The position numbers and the translations under genes are program-made. Below, in pieces: positions 29,373-39,101 of a stretch of DNA of 64,000 bases. This stretch comes from an uncultured Methylomirabilota bacterium (GTDB taxonomy: Bacteria > Methylomirabilota > Methylomirabilia > Methylomirabilales > 2-02-FULL-66-22), in assembly GCA_963845565.1 (NCBI GenBank), contig CAWJSJ010000002.1, positions 1,952,001 through 2,016,000 of the forward strand, in the 5' to 3' direction. Below the pieces are notes generated by a model. That model did no database searches. It saw only the letters and a list, made by a program, of their open reading frames with translations, and was not told the DNA's origin. Position 1 is the first letter of the stretch. Each line of letters begins with the position of its first letter.

Positions 29373-29505
29373 TGCGGAGAGCTGAGAGCCTAGAGCCGCG
29401 AGCCGCGAGTCTAGTGCGGAGAGCCGAGAGCCGAGAGCCGAGATTGGGGAGTCAACTGGTCAACTGGTTCCTAATTGACCAATCGCCAAATTGACGAATT
29501 GACTC
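29370..29505. repeat. Heptamer (GAGAGCC-type) and octamer (GTCAACTG-type) degenerate tandem repeats
   Basis: Duplicated TAGTGCGGAGAGC units followed by mirror-arranged octamers. Confidence 0.75.
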
Positions 29506-29527
29506 ATGAGGCGCCGAGGCGCGAACG

Positions 29528-30352
29528 ATGGGTAAGAATCTCAAGGGGCGGGTCGCGGTCATCACGGGGGCATCCAGCGGGATCGGTCAGGCCACCGCGG
29601 AGCGATTCGCCGCCGAGGGGATGCTGGTCGTCCTCGGCGCACGGCGCGTGGCGCGGCTCTCCGAGGTGGCCGACGGCATCCGGCGGATGGGCGGGACGGC
29701 GCGCGCGGTCGAGACCGATGTGCGGGAGCCGGACCAAGTGCGGCGGCTCGTGGAAGAGGCCGTCACGACCTTCGGCCGCGTGGATGTCCTGGTGAACAAC
29801 GCGGGGCTCGGATACTTCGGCCCCGTAGAAACCACGCCGCCTGACGAGGCTCGTCACCTGTTCGAGATCAACGTGATGGGGACTCTCCACGGGGTGCAAG
29901 CCGCGGTGCCCCACATGCGCCGACAGGGGAGCGGCCACATCATCAACATCTCCTCGATTGTGGGGAAGAGGGCCACGCCCGGGAACGGCGTCTATTCGGC
30001 CACCAAGTTCGCCCAGGTCGCCCTCTCGGAGGCCCTGCGGCTGGAGCTTGCGAGCGCCGGAATCCGGGTCAGCGTCGTCTGTCCGGTCTCCACCACCACC
30101 GAGTTCTTCGCGGTGGCCGGCGCCCGCTCGCCGCTGCAGTTCGCGGCGGCAGGCCCGATCTTTTCTCCGGCGCAGGTTGCCGACGCGATCACGCGATGCG
30201 TCCGCCGTCCCCGCGCCGAGGTGATGATCTATCGGCCGGCGCGCGCGCTGGTGATCCTGAATGCGGTGGCCCCCCGGCTGGCGGACCGCATCTTGGGCGC
30301 CGTGTGGCGCAAGGTTCGCCCCGGCCTGGAGACCGATAGCGCAAAACCGTGA
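29528..30352 (+). CDS. SDR family oxidoreductase
   Basis: TGASSGIG, NNAG, YSATK. Confidence 0.93.
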   Translation: MGKNLKGRVAVITGASSGIGQATAERFAAEGMLVVLGARRVARLSEVADGIRRMGGTARAVETDVREPDQVRRLVEEAVTTFGRVDVLVNNAGLGYFGPVETTPPDEARHLFEINVMGTLHGVQAAVPHMRRQGSGHIINISSIVGKRATPGNGVYSATKFAQVALSEALRLELASAGIRVSVVCPVSTTTEFFAVAGARSPLQFAAAGPIFSPAQVADAITRCVRRPRAEVMIYRPARALVILNAVAPRLADRILGAVWRKVRPGLETDSAKP

Positions 30353-30380
30353 CACGACCCCGAGGCAGTGCGGAGGAGCC

Positions 30381-30953
30381 ATGACCGTCGAGGAGAGTGC
30401 CAGTGTCTGGTCGTCCACGATCTTGGCGGGACTCTGGGGAGAGAACGTCGCCGTCCGCGTCGCGCTGACGAGCGAGGTGCGCGGCCTCAGCGAGGCGCAG
30501 CTCGGCTTCCGGGCGGCGCCGGGCCGCTGGTCCATCGGCGAGATCCTGGACCACCTGTGTCTGGCGGAACGGAGCATCACCCGCACGATCTCCCGCCTCT
30601 TGCAGCAAGCCGCGGGCCTGGGCCAGATCGGGCAACCCGGCACTCTGGACATCCCACCGCAGCTCATCGACCTCGAGGCCTACAATCGCGCGGCCTCGTC
30701 CCCCGAATCCGTGATGCCGTCGCCGGATCGCCCGTTGGAGCGCCTCCTGGTCGGTCTCGAGGAGAGTCGGGATCGGTTGCTGGACGTGACCCGGCGGGCG
30801 GATGGCCGGGTGGTCGGGAACGTCACGCTGCCGCACTTCCAGCTCGGCGACCTGAACTTCTACCAATGGCTGTCGGTCGAGGGGGCGCACGAGGCAAAGC
30901 ACCTGGCGCGGATCCGCCGGATCAAAGCCGATCCGGGGTTTCCAAAACAGTAG
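30381..30953 (+). CDS. DinB/YfiT-like four-helix protein
   Basis: WSIGEILDHL, LPHFQLG, HEAKHLARI; RBS GGAGGA. Confidence 0.85.
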   Translation: MTVEESASVWSSTILAGLWGENVAVRVALTSEVRGLSEAQLGFRAAPGRWSIGEILDHLCLAERSITRTISRLLQQAAGLGQIGQPGTLDIPPQLIDLEAYNRAASSPESVMPSPDRPLERLLVGLEESRDRLLDVTRRADGRVVGNVTLPHFQLGDLNFYQWLSVEGAHEAKHLARIRRIKADPGFPKQ

Positions 30954-30962
30954 ACGGTGACC

Positions 30963-31418
30963 ATGGCCCTTCGGGTCTCGGCGCTCTTGTTCCCCTCTCC
31001 GCCGCGCGCGCTCCCGTACAATCGCGGGATCAGCATCGGATTTCGTACCCTCCATCTGCTCGCGTCGAGCCTCCTCCTCGGGGGGCACGCCTTCGACGTG
31101 GCGCCGCAGCGCCTGGTTCCGCTGCTGGTCGTCACGGTCGGGAGCGGCCTGGGCCTCATTCTGCTGGAACTGTATCGGTCGTGCGATTGGGTGTACCAGG
31201 GGATGGGGGTGCTGGTGATCGCCAAGGCGGCGCTCACCGCGCTGGCGGGCCTCTGGTGGGATCAGCGGGTTCTCTTGTTGTCGCTGGTGGTCATCCTGGG
31301 GTCCGTCGGCTCGCACATGTCCGCCCGGTACCGGCACTACTCGTTTCGCCACGGCCGCGTGCTCGATTCCAAATCGCCCCCGACTCGCCCCTCCTCACCC
31401 CTCACCCCTCACCCTTGA
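30963..31418 (+). CDS. Hypothetical membrane protein
   Basis: About four hydrophobic segments, RTLHL and GSHM...RH motifs; tightly spaced between neighbours. Confidence 0.65.
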   Translation: MALRVSALLFPSPPRALPYNRGISIGFRTLHLLASSLLLGGHAFDVAPQRLVPLLVVTVGSGLGLILLELYRSCDWVYQGMGVLVIAKAALTALAGLWWDQRVLLLSLVVILGSVGSHMSARYRHYSFRHGRVLDSKSPPTRPSSPLTPHP

Positions 31419-31429
31419 CATCACGCGCC

Positions 31430-32113
31430 ATGCGAAGCCGCCGCTTCCACACCTGGGATGTGACTCCAGAGGAGGCCATTCGCCTTCAGCGGGAACTGGC
31501 CCCGCGCGTGGTGCGGCGGGATGTCGGATTGCGAACGCCGCGGCTGGTCGCGGGGATGGACGTCTCCTACGACAAGGGGTCCCCCTGGATCTACGCCGCG
31601 ATCGTCGTCCTTCGGCTGCCGGATCTGTCGGAGGTGGAAACGGCCAGCGTGCGAACCCGGGCCGAGTTTCCGTACGTTCCCGGTCTGCTGTCGTTCCGAG
31701 AGGCCCCGGCGGGGTTGGAGGCGTGGACACGGCTCGCGACGCGGCCCGATTGCCTGCTCTGCGACGGCCACGGCCATGCCCATCCCCGGCGGTTCGGCTT
31801 GGCCAGCCATTTCGGACTCTGGATCAACCGGCCGACCGTCGGCTGCGCCAAGAGCGTGCTGATCGGGGCCTATCGGGAGCCGGGGCAGCGGCGGGGGAGC
31901 CTCTCGGACCTCGTGCACGACGGCGAGGTGATCGGCGCGGCGGTCCGGACCCGCGAGGCAACGTCTCCCGTCTTCGTGTCCGCGGGACACCGGGTGAGCC
32001 TCGCCACGGCGGTGACGACGGTCCTCGCCTGCGCTCCCCGGTATCGCATCCCGGAACCGCTCCGCCAGGCCCACGCCTTGGTGAATCGGATGCGCCAAGC
32101 GGATCGGGCATGA
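31430..32113 (+). CDS. nfi: Endonuclease V
   Basis: AGMDVSY, FPYVPGLLSFRE, DGHGHAHPRRFGLASH, GCAKS, YRIPEPLRQAH. Confidence 0.95.
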   Translation: MRSRRFHTWDVTPEEAIRLQRELAPRVVRRDVGLRTPRLVAGMDVSYDKGSPWIYAAIVVLRLPDLSEVETASVRTRAEFPYVPGLLSFREAPAGLEAWTRLATRPDCLLCDGHGHAHPRRFGLASHFGLWINRPTVGCAKSVLIGAYREPGQRRGSLSDLVHDGEVIGAAVRTREATSPVFVSAGHRVSLATAVTTVLACAPRYRIPEPLRQAHALVNRMRQADRA

Positions 32114-32175
32114 TACTCAGCCAGGCTCACCGGCGGCGAAGGCTTCCCGATTGTCCGGCGACCTTTGAAAACGGC

Positions 32176-32838
32176 TCAGCGACGCACGCCCACACCGAGC
32201 TGAGGGCAGTCGTCGTGCACCGGGCAGGCGCTGCAGAGCGGCGAGATGGGTTTGCAGAGGTTCTGGCCGAAGGTGACCAAGAGGTCGTTGTAGGGGATCC
32301 AGTGTTGCCGGGGGAGGACCTGGCGGAGAGTGAACTCGGTCTGCTCAGGCGTCTTGGTCTCGACGATTCCCAGTCGGTTGCTGATCCGATGGACGTGGGT
32401 GTCCACGCAGATCCCAGGCTTGCCGAAGCCGATGGTCAGGACCAGGTTGGCCGTCTTGCGGCCGACGCCCTTGAGCGCCAGCAATTCTTCCATGGTGGCG
32501 GGAACCTGTCCGCCGTGCCGCCCGATGAGGGTTCGACAGATTTCCCGGATCGTTCGAGCCTTGGTCCGGTAGAATCCTGCCGGGTAGATCGTCCGGGCGA
32601 TGGTGGAAGCGGGGAGATCAACCATCGTCCGCGGGGTCCGGGCCAGGCGAAAGAGGCGGGCGGAGGCCTCGCCGGTCACCTCGTCCTTGGTGCGCAGGCT
32701 GATGAGGCACGAGACGAGCACCTGAAAGGGATCTCGGGATTCCTGCGCCACGATGCCGACGGCGGTCGGGTTCCAGCGTCGGCTGGTCCGGGTCAGCGTG
32801 CGGACGATGCGGTTGATCTCGGCGGCGGTCCGCGGCAT
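32176..32838 (-). CDS. nth: Endonuclease III (HhH-GPD, 4Fe-4S)
   Basis: LKGVGRKTANLV, VDTHVHRISNRLG, C-x6-C-x2-C-x5-C. Confidence 0.95.
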   Translation of the reverse strand: MPRTAAEINRIVRTLTRTSRRWNPTAVGIVAQESRDPFQVLVSCLISLRTKDEVTGEASARLFRLARTPRTMVDLPASTIARTIYPAGFYRTKARTIREICRTLIGRHGGQVPATMEELLALKGVGRKTANLVLTIGFGKPGICVDTHVHRISNRLGIVETKTPEQTEFTLRQVLPRQHWIPYNDLLVTFGQNLCKPISPLCSACPVHDDCPQLGVGVRR

Positions 32839-33076
32839 GAGGTGTTCCTTTCGTGAGCAGCAGGCGGTAGGGTGCCAGAGTATAGCACAACGGGGCGACA
32901 GCGATAGGGACAGGGGCAATTGGTCGATTTGTCAATTGGTCAATTGGGGAAGGACGGGGAGAGAGTAGCAGACAGCGGGCAGCAGGCAAAGCGCAGAGGG
33001 CAAAGCGCAGAGCGCCAAGAGCAAAGAGGTCGGACGCTATGCGCTTGGCGCCATGCGCCGGTGGAGGAGCGCGACC

Positions 33077-34300
33077 ATGGATCGGCCCTGGGTGGAAGCG
33101 ACGTTCGAGGCGATCGGACGGTTCGGCAAGGGGGAGCGGGGCTTCAACCGCCTGGTGTTTTCGGATGCGGACTGGGCGGCGTGCGACCACTTTGCCGGGC
33201 TGATGCGCCAGGCGGGTCTGGTGGTCCGGACGGACGCCTGGGGAAACCTGATCGGACGGCTGGACGGGACCGATCCCGGCGCGCCGGCGGTGGCGACCGG
33301 GTCGCACCTCGACACGGTGCCCGAGGGTGGAAACTACGACGGCGGCGTCGGGAGCGTGGCCGGTCTCGGCGCGCTGATGCGGCTCAAGGCGCGCGGTCGC
33401 TTCCGACATCCCTTGGAGCTGATCGTCTTCCGCGGCGAGGAGTCGAGCCGGTTCGGAATTCATACCATGGGCAGCAAGGCCATGAGTGGCATGGCCACCG
33501 TGGACGCTTGGCAGCGGTTGAAGGACCAGACCGGCGCGCCGCTCGCTCAAGTCCTGGCCGCCCGCGGCCTGGACCTGGCGCGGCTACCCGAGGCGGCTCG
33601 GAGGACGGGAGAGCTGAAGGCCTTCGTCGAGGTCCACATCGAGCAGTGCTTCGTGCTCGAGCAGGCCGGGATTCCCATCGGTGTGGTCGAGGCGATCGCC
33701 GCCCCGATCCGATTGAAGCTCACCGTGGAAGGCGTCGCCTCCCATTCGGGCGCCACCCCCATGGGCAAGCGGCGGGACGCCCTGGTCACCGCTTCGCACC
33801 TGGTGCTTGCCGTCGAAGCGGAAGCCAAGAAGCGGGCCGACCGCCGGATCGTCGGCACGGTGGGAATCTTGAAGATCGCCCCCGGCGCGCTGAACGTGGT
33901 GCCCGGCCGGGCGGAACTCTGGGTGGATGTCCGCGGCATCGACGAGGCGAGCCTTTCCGAGACGGCCGAGGCCATCGTGGAGGCGGCCAGGCGGATCGCG
34001 GCGAGCGAGGGGACGCGAGTTCAGGTGGAGACCGTCTCGGCCGACACTCCCGTTCCGATGGATCCTGCGGTCATCGGGACGATCGAGGGCGCCTGCCGCC
34101 GGCTGGGATACGCCTTCCAGCGCATGCCCAGCGGCGCGGGGCACGACGCCATGAACATGGCGCGGATCGCGTCGGCCGGGATGATCTTCATCCCATGCCG
34201 CGGGGGTATCAGCCACAACCCCGACGAGTACGCCTCACCCGAGGACATCGTGCGGGGCATGGATGTGCTCACGGAGACGCTCGCCGTGCTGGCGGAGTGA
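33077..34300 (+). CDS. Zn-dependent amidohydrolase (allantoate/N-carbamoyl-amino-acid type, M20)
   Basis: GSHLDTVPEGGNYDG, EESSRFG, HIEQ, HSGATPM, SGAGHDA, ISHNPDE. Confidence 0.92.
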   Translation: MDRPWVEATFEAIGRFGKGERGFNRLVFSDADWAACDHFAGLMRQAGLVVRTDAWGNLIGRLDGTDPGAPAVATGSHLDTVPEGGNYDGGVGSVAGLGALMRLKARGRFRHPLELIVFRGEESSRFGIHTMGSKAMSGMATVDAWQRLKDQTGAPLAQVLAARGLDLARLPEAARRTGELKAFVEVHIEQCFVLEQAGIPIGVVEAIAAPIRLKLTVEGVASHSGATPMGKRRDALVTASHLVLAVEAEAKKRADRRIVGTVGILKIAPGALNVVPGRAELWVDVRGIDEASLSETAEAIVEAARRIAASEGTRVQVETVSADTPVPMDPAVIGTIEGACRRLGYAFQRMPSGAGHDAMNMARIASAGMIFIPCRGGISHNPDEYASPEDIVRGMDVLTETLAVLAE

Positions 34301-34417
34301 CGTCGAGCCGTCAACTCGTCGACGGGTCGATAGGTCAAACGGAGCGGGAGAGAGGCCCTTCTGTACCGAATTGACCGATCGACCAGTTAACCACTCGACT
34401 CTTTCCGGAGGAAAGAC

Positions 34418-35809
34418 ATGCGAATCTTCTTCGCGGGAGCAGCCCGTACGGTCACCGGATCGCAGCACCTGCTGGAATTCGACGGCGTCCGGCTGTTGCT
34501 GGACTGCGGGTTCTACCAAGGCCGACGGCGCGAGGCGAACGAGCGGAACCGTAACCTGCCGTTCGATCCCCGCGGGGTGGACGCCATGGTGCTCTCCCAC
34601 GCCCACATTGACCATTCGGGGAACATCCCGACGCTGGTGAAGCATGGTTTCCGGGGGAGCATCACCTGCACGCCGGCGACGCGGGATCTGTGCAGCGTCA
34701 TGCTGCGAGATTCGGCGCGCATCCAGGAGTCGGACGCGGAGTTCATCAACCGGAAGTACGCCGACCAACTGGAGGAGCCGGTCGTTCCGTTGTACTCCGA
34801 GGCGGATGTCCTGAAAGCCTTGAGCCGCTTCCGGACGCTGGATTACCACCAGCCGATGCCGGTCCTGCCCGGGATCACCTGCACCTTCCTGGATGCCGGG
34901 CACGTCCTGGGGTCGGCCATCGTCCAGCTCGATATCGACCGGGCCCCTGACCGACTGCGGCTGGTGTTCAGCGGGGACCTGGGCCGCCGCAACATGTCCA
35001 TCCTGCGGGACCCGGAGATCCCCGAGTCGCCCGACGTCCTCCTCTTGGAGACCACCTACGGCGACCGGCTGCACTCACCCATGTCCGGGATGGAGGAGCA
35101 GTTGACGGCGATCGTGAACCGCGCGGTGGAGCGCAAGGGGAAGATCCTGGTGCCCAGCTTCGCCCTGGAGCGCACCCAGGAGTTCGTCTATGCGTTGCAT
35201 CGGTTGACCGTCCGGAAGGCCATCCCCCAGATCCCCATCTATGTGGACAGCCCGTTATCGGTGAAGATCACGGAGATCTTCAAGCTGCACCCCGAATGCT
35301 TCGACGAGGAGACGCGGGCCTTCCTGCACCAGAACGGGGATCCCTTCGGCTTCGGGAACCTCCGCTACATCAGTGACGTGGAGGACTCCAAGGCGCTGAA
35401 CGGCCAGGAAGGCCCGATGATGATCATTTCCGCCTCGGGGATGTGCGAAGCGGGGCGCATCCTGCACCACCTGCGCAACGCGGTCGAGGACGCCAAGAAC
35501 ATGGTGCTGATCATCGGCTTCCAGGCGCAACACACCCTGGGTCGCCGGATCGCCGAGCGGCAATCGGTCGTGAAGATCTTCGGCGTGGAGCGTGCGCTGG
35601 AGGCGGAAGTGGTGGTGATGGACGCCTTCAGCGCCCATGCCGACCGGGACGACCTGCTGGACTTCGTGACGCGGTGCCGGGGAAAGCTGCGCCGGACGTT
35701 CCTGGTCCACGGGGAAGAGGAGCAGTCGCTGGCGTTCGGGGCGCGGCTCACCGCCATGGGCATCCCGGAGGTCCACACGCCCATGCTGGGCGAGTTCGTC
35801 AAGATCTGA
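34418..35809 (+). CDS. MBL-fold beta-CASP ribonuclease
   Basis: HAHIDHSG, AGHVLGSA, FSGDLG, SASGMCEAGRILHHL, FSAHAD. Confidence 0.93.
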   Translation: MRIFFAGAARTVTGSQHLLEFDGVRLLLDCGFYQGRRREANERNRNLPFDPRGVDAMVLSHAHIDHSGNIPTLVKHGFRGSITCTPATRDLCSVMLRDSARIQESDAEFINRKYADQLEEPVVPLYSEADVLKALSRFRTLDYHQPMPVLPGITCTFLDAGHVLGSAIVQLDIDRAPDRLRLVFSGDLGRRNMSILRDPEIPESPDVLLLETTYGDRLHSPMSGMEEQLTAIVNRAVERKGKILVPSFALERTQEFVYALHRLTVRKAIPQIPIYVDSPLSVKITEIFKLHPECFDEETRAFLHQNGDPFGFGNLRYISDVEDSKALNGQEGPMMIISASGMCEAGRILHHLRNAVEDAKNMVLIIGFQAQHTLGRRIAERQSVVKIFGVERALEAEVVVMDAFSAHADRDDLLDFVTRCRGKLRRTFLVHGEEEQSLAFGARLTAMGIPEVHTPMLGEFVKI

Positions 35810-36026
35810 CGCAGTGCGCGGGGGCAAGTGTGGCGGTCCCGGGATTGACTTTTCGGGTTTGCCCTCCTACTCTTCCCCCCGACCCACGCCACTCCGCCCC
35901 GCCGACGGGGCAGGAGGCGAGCGAGCAGTACACCACCCCCCACCGTTGCGGGACGGTGATGGGATCGGTTCATGGGCGGGACCCGGCCGCGGTCCCTGCC
36001 GACGATCGAACCAGAGAGGAAACCCC

Positions 36027-36728
36027 ATGCAGGAGCCACTCCATTTCCTGACGTTTGGTCCGCACCCCGACGACGCCGAGATCGGCACCGGCGCCTTCCT
36101 CTTGAAGATGAAGGCCCGGGGGTACCGCACCGGCATGATCATCCTGACCGAGGGCGATATGGGCAGCGGCACGCCCGAGATCCGGCGCGAGGAGACCCAG
36201 CGCGCCGCGCGCGACCTCAAGCTGGACGTCCACGAGGTCCTGGACCTGGGCGACACGCGCCTGGAAGACTCGCAGGCGAACCGGCTGGTGGTCGCCTCGC
36301 TGGTCCGGAAATACCGGCCGCAGATCGTCCTGGCGCCCTACTACGGGCTGGAGCCGGGACGGGGGCGCGGGCACGCGGACCACATCGCCTGCGGCCACGT
36401 CGTCTCCCACGGCGTGAACTTCGCACACCTGGAGAAATATCCGGCGGAGGGGCCGGCGCACGCAGTGAAGAAGATGCTGTACTACTTCCTGCCCCCGTTC
36501 ATGCGGCCCACCTTCATCGTGCCCGTGGACGAGGAGTTCCCGCAAGCGATCAAGGCGCTGGCCAATCACAAATCGCAGTTCGACCGATCGGATCGGCCGA
36601 AATTCTTCCCGACCCGCCTGGAGGCGTTCGCCGGTTATCTAGGGGCGCAGGTCGGTGCGAAGTACGGGCAGGCGTTTTACGTGCAGGACGTTCTCAAGGT
36701 GGACGACCCGCATCTGCTGTTCTCGTAA
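36027..36728 (+). CDS. PIG-L family deacetylase, BshB1-like
   Basis: GPHPDDAEIG, LTEGDMG, GHADH, HKSQF. Confidence 0.85.
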   Translation: MQEPLHFLTFGPHPDDAEIGTGAFLLKMKARGYRTGMIILTEGDMGSGTPEIRREETQRAARDLKLDVHEVLDLGDTRLEDSQANRLVVASLVRKYRPQIVLAPYYGLEPGRGRGHADHIACGHVVSHGVNFAHLEKYPAEGPAHAVKKMLYYFLPPFMRPTFIVPVDEEFPQAIKALANHKSQFDRSDRPKFFPTRLEAFAGYLGAQVGAKYGQAFYVQDVLKVDDPHLLFS

Positions 36729-36830
36729 GCCGTTGTCAAAGAATTAGTTGAGCGGAGACATTCCGAAACGGCATAAGGAGCCGTAACGAAATAGAAAGAG
36801 ATGTATAGGTTATTTCGTAACGGCTCCTAA
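36726..36830 (+). repeat. 105-bp double-hairpin element, family A copy 3
   Basis: Same arms and three TAA boundaries as 6479-6583. Confidence 0.9.
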
Positions 36831-36910
36831 CGCAGCGCACCCTTTGGCATGCCGCGTTCACGGCTGCACCGTGATGGGCGGACGGTGAACACGTCCGAAA
36901 GACCGAGCGC

Positions 36911-37465
36911 ATGGACGACCTCAAGCCGTGGAAGCGCCTGGGAAGCCGGACGCTGCACCAGCACGACCGTGTGCTGATCCGGGAAGATTGGATCCGGTTA
37001 CCCGAGGGGGGCGAGCGACACTACCCCGTCATGCAGCTCGGCCAGAGCGCCGGCATCGTGCCGCTCACCGCGGACGGGGAAGTGATCCTGATCCGGCAGT
37101 ACCGTCACGTGACCGGCGGCTTCTGCTGGGAGATTCCCGGCGGTGGGATGCACCCGGGCGAATCCCCGGACGAGGCGGCGCAGCGCGAGCTGCGCGAAGA
37201 GGCCGGGTTCCGCGCCGGCCGGCTGCGGCGGCTGGGAAGCTTCTGGCCGAACAACGCGTATCTGGATGAGGTCATCCACGTCTATCTCGCCGACGAGTTG
37301 ATTCCGGACCCGCTCCCGACGGATCCGGACGAATACCTGGAGCGGCGGGCGTTTCCCTTCGCCGAGGCCCTGACCATGGCCCAGGACGACCGGATCACCT
37401 GCGGCCTGACCAAGCTGGCGATCCTCTGGACCGCGGTCGCGCGGACCGCCGTGCCGGCGGCCTGA
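36911..37465 (+). CDS. NUDIX hydrolase (ADP-ribose pyrophosphatase-like)
   Basis: RQYRH, Nudix box PGG...GESPDEAAQRELREEAG. Confidence 0.92.
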   Translation: MDDLKPWKRLGSRTLHQHDRVLIREDWIRLPEGGERHYPVMQLGQSAGIVPLTADGEVILIRQYRHVTGGFCWEIPGGGMHPGESPDEAAQRELREEAGFRAGRLRRLGSFWPNNAYLDEVIHVYLADELIPDPLPTDPDEYLERRAFPFAEALTMAQDDRITCGLTKLAILWTAVARTAVPAA

Positions 37466-37530
37466 CGGAGCGCGAACAGTTCGCATCCCCTCCGCGCCGG
37501 ACGGCGCGGCCCAAAAACCTTGAGGGCGCC

Positions 37531-38214
37531 ATGCAGTTGCCGCGGTGGCTTGCGGGTTCGCAACCGACCAAGGAGACGCCGGCCGACGACCGGCCCGCGA
37601 CGTACGCCATCGGGGACATCCACGGGTGCCTCGAGCCCCTGGATCAACTGCTGGAAAAGATCGCGCCGCGTCCGGAGGACGAGCTGGTCTTCGTCGGCGA
37701 TTACATTGACCGCGGCCCGCAGTCCCGCGAGGTCGTGGACCGGCTGCTCGCGCTGCCTCATCGGTGCGTCTTCCTGATGGGGAATCACGAGCGGATGCTG
37801 CTGGACTTTCTGGCCGGCGAGGAGGAGGACATCTACCTGGAGAACGGAGGCCGGGCCACCCTGGCAAGCTACGGCGGGGACCCCGACCACATCCCGGCGG
37901 CGCATCTGGCCTTCTTCCACAGCCTGCGTCCGATGTACGAAACCCCCGACTACCTGTTCGTCCACGCCGGGATCCGCCCGATGGTCCCCGTGGCGGAGCA
38001 GGGAGCCCACGATCTCATCTGGATCCGCCACGAGTTCTTCAAATTCATCGGCAAATACCCCAAGCCGGTGATCTTCGGCCACACTCCGCTCCGCCAGGTG
38101 ATGATGGCGGACGACCGCATCGGGATCGACACCGGCTGCGTCTTCGGCGGCAAGCTCACCTCCGTGAAACTCCCCCAGCGCGAACTCATCCAGGTCCCCG
38201 GCTGGCGCGGATAG
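37531..38214 (+). CDS. Metallophosphoesterase (Ser/Thr phosphatase family)
   Basis: GDIHG, GDYIDRGP, GNHE, HAG, GHTP, IDTG. Confidence 0.93.
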   Translation: MQLPRWLAGSQPTKETPADDRPATYAIGDIHGCLEPLDQLLEKIAPRPEDELVFVGDYIDRGPQSREVVDRLLALPHRCVFLMGNHERMLLDFLAGEEEDIYLENGGRATLASYGGDPDHIPAAHLAFFHSLRPMYETPDYLFVHAGIRPMVPVAEQGAHDLIWIRHEFFKFIGKYPKPVIFGHTPLRQVMMADDRIGIDTGCVFGGKLTSVKLPQRELIQVPGWRG

Positions 38215-38350
38215 ATCGTGCCGGGCTCTTGCTCGCGCCAACCACCGACCCGGTCTTTGAACGCCGTCACTGAGGATTCCGAGAGGGGGCGAAGGCCGGT
38301 GTTCGCCGCTCGCGGGTCCGTACACCGTAACCGTGCCCGGTCACCAACGG

Positions 38351-39054
38351 CTACTCCGAGCGGTGGAGTTGGTCCGTGACGCCGCGGCGGGCGCCCAGGC
38401 GGTGGGGGATGACGTAGAGGAGGGCCAGGACGACGCCGGCGATGACGAGGTAGCCGACGAGCCATCCGAGGTTCGCATCGCCCACCACCAAGGCGTCGCC
38501 GGCGATGACGAGCGCTGCCGTGCCAGGGATCATGAAGACCGCCGTGACGACCAGGTACGTCAGGAATCCGATGCGGGTCAGGCCGTAGGCGTAGTTCTGC
38601 AGGTTGAAAGGGAAGATGGGTACGAGGCGCGTGAACGCCAAGATGTACCAGCCGTGCTCGGCCACCGCCTCGTCGATCCGCGCCAAACGCGGGTGTCCGG
38701 CGATCCATCGTTCTACCATCCGGCGCCCCCCGTGCCGCGTGATCAAGAACGCCAGTGCCGCGCTGATGGTGGCGGCGATACACGTGTGCACCGTGCCCCA
38801 GAGGGGCCCAAAAGCGATCCCGGCCAGGATGGTGAGCGGGAGGGCGGGGACGAAGAGTAGTTCCATGGCGATGTACGCGGTCACGAAGGCGACCGGCGCC
38901 CAGGGGCCGAGGCCGTCCACCCAGCGCTGGAGGCGGGCGAGGTTCTCCAGCCGGAGGTACTCGTAGACCCCGAGAGCCCAGACGAGGACGATGCCGGCGA
39001 GGATCGCAAGGACGCCAGATGAGAGGGCCGCCAGCGACCGGGACGGGTCTCCAC
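38351..39054 (-). CDS. TVP38/TMEM64 (DedA-like) membrane protein; apparent frameshift near 39020
   Basis: RLVPIFPFNLQNYAYGLT; reading frame stays hydrophobic upstream of 38920, probable GTG start at 39054 in another frame. Confidence 0.8.
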
Positions 39055-39101
39055 AGGCGGGAGGGCCGACCCTCGCGTGGACGAAACGGTTTTCTGCGGG
39101 C

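Noticed and set aside
35846..36026. Riboswitch in the leader of the PIG-L deacetylase
   Set aside because: Only generic GC hairpins; no recognisable aptamer motif by eye.
6479..36830. CRISPR interpretation of the 105-bp elements
   Set aside because: Copies are dispersed, arms are inverted rather than tandem direct repeats, and no cas genes are present.
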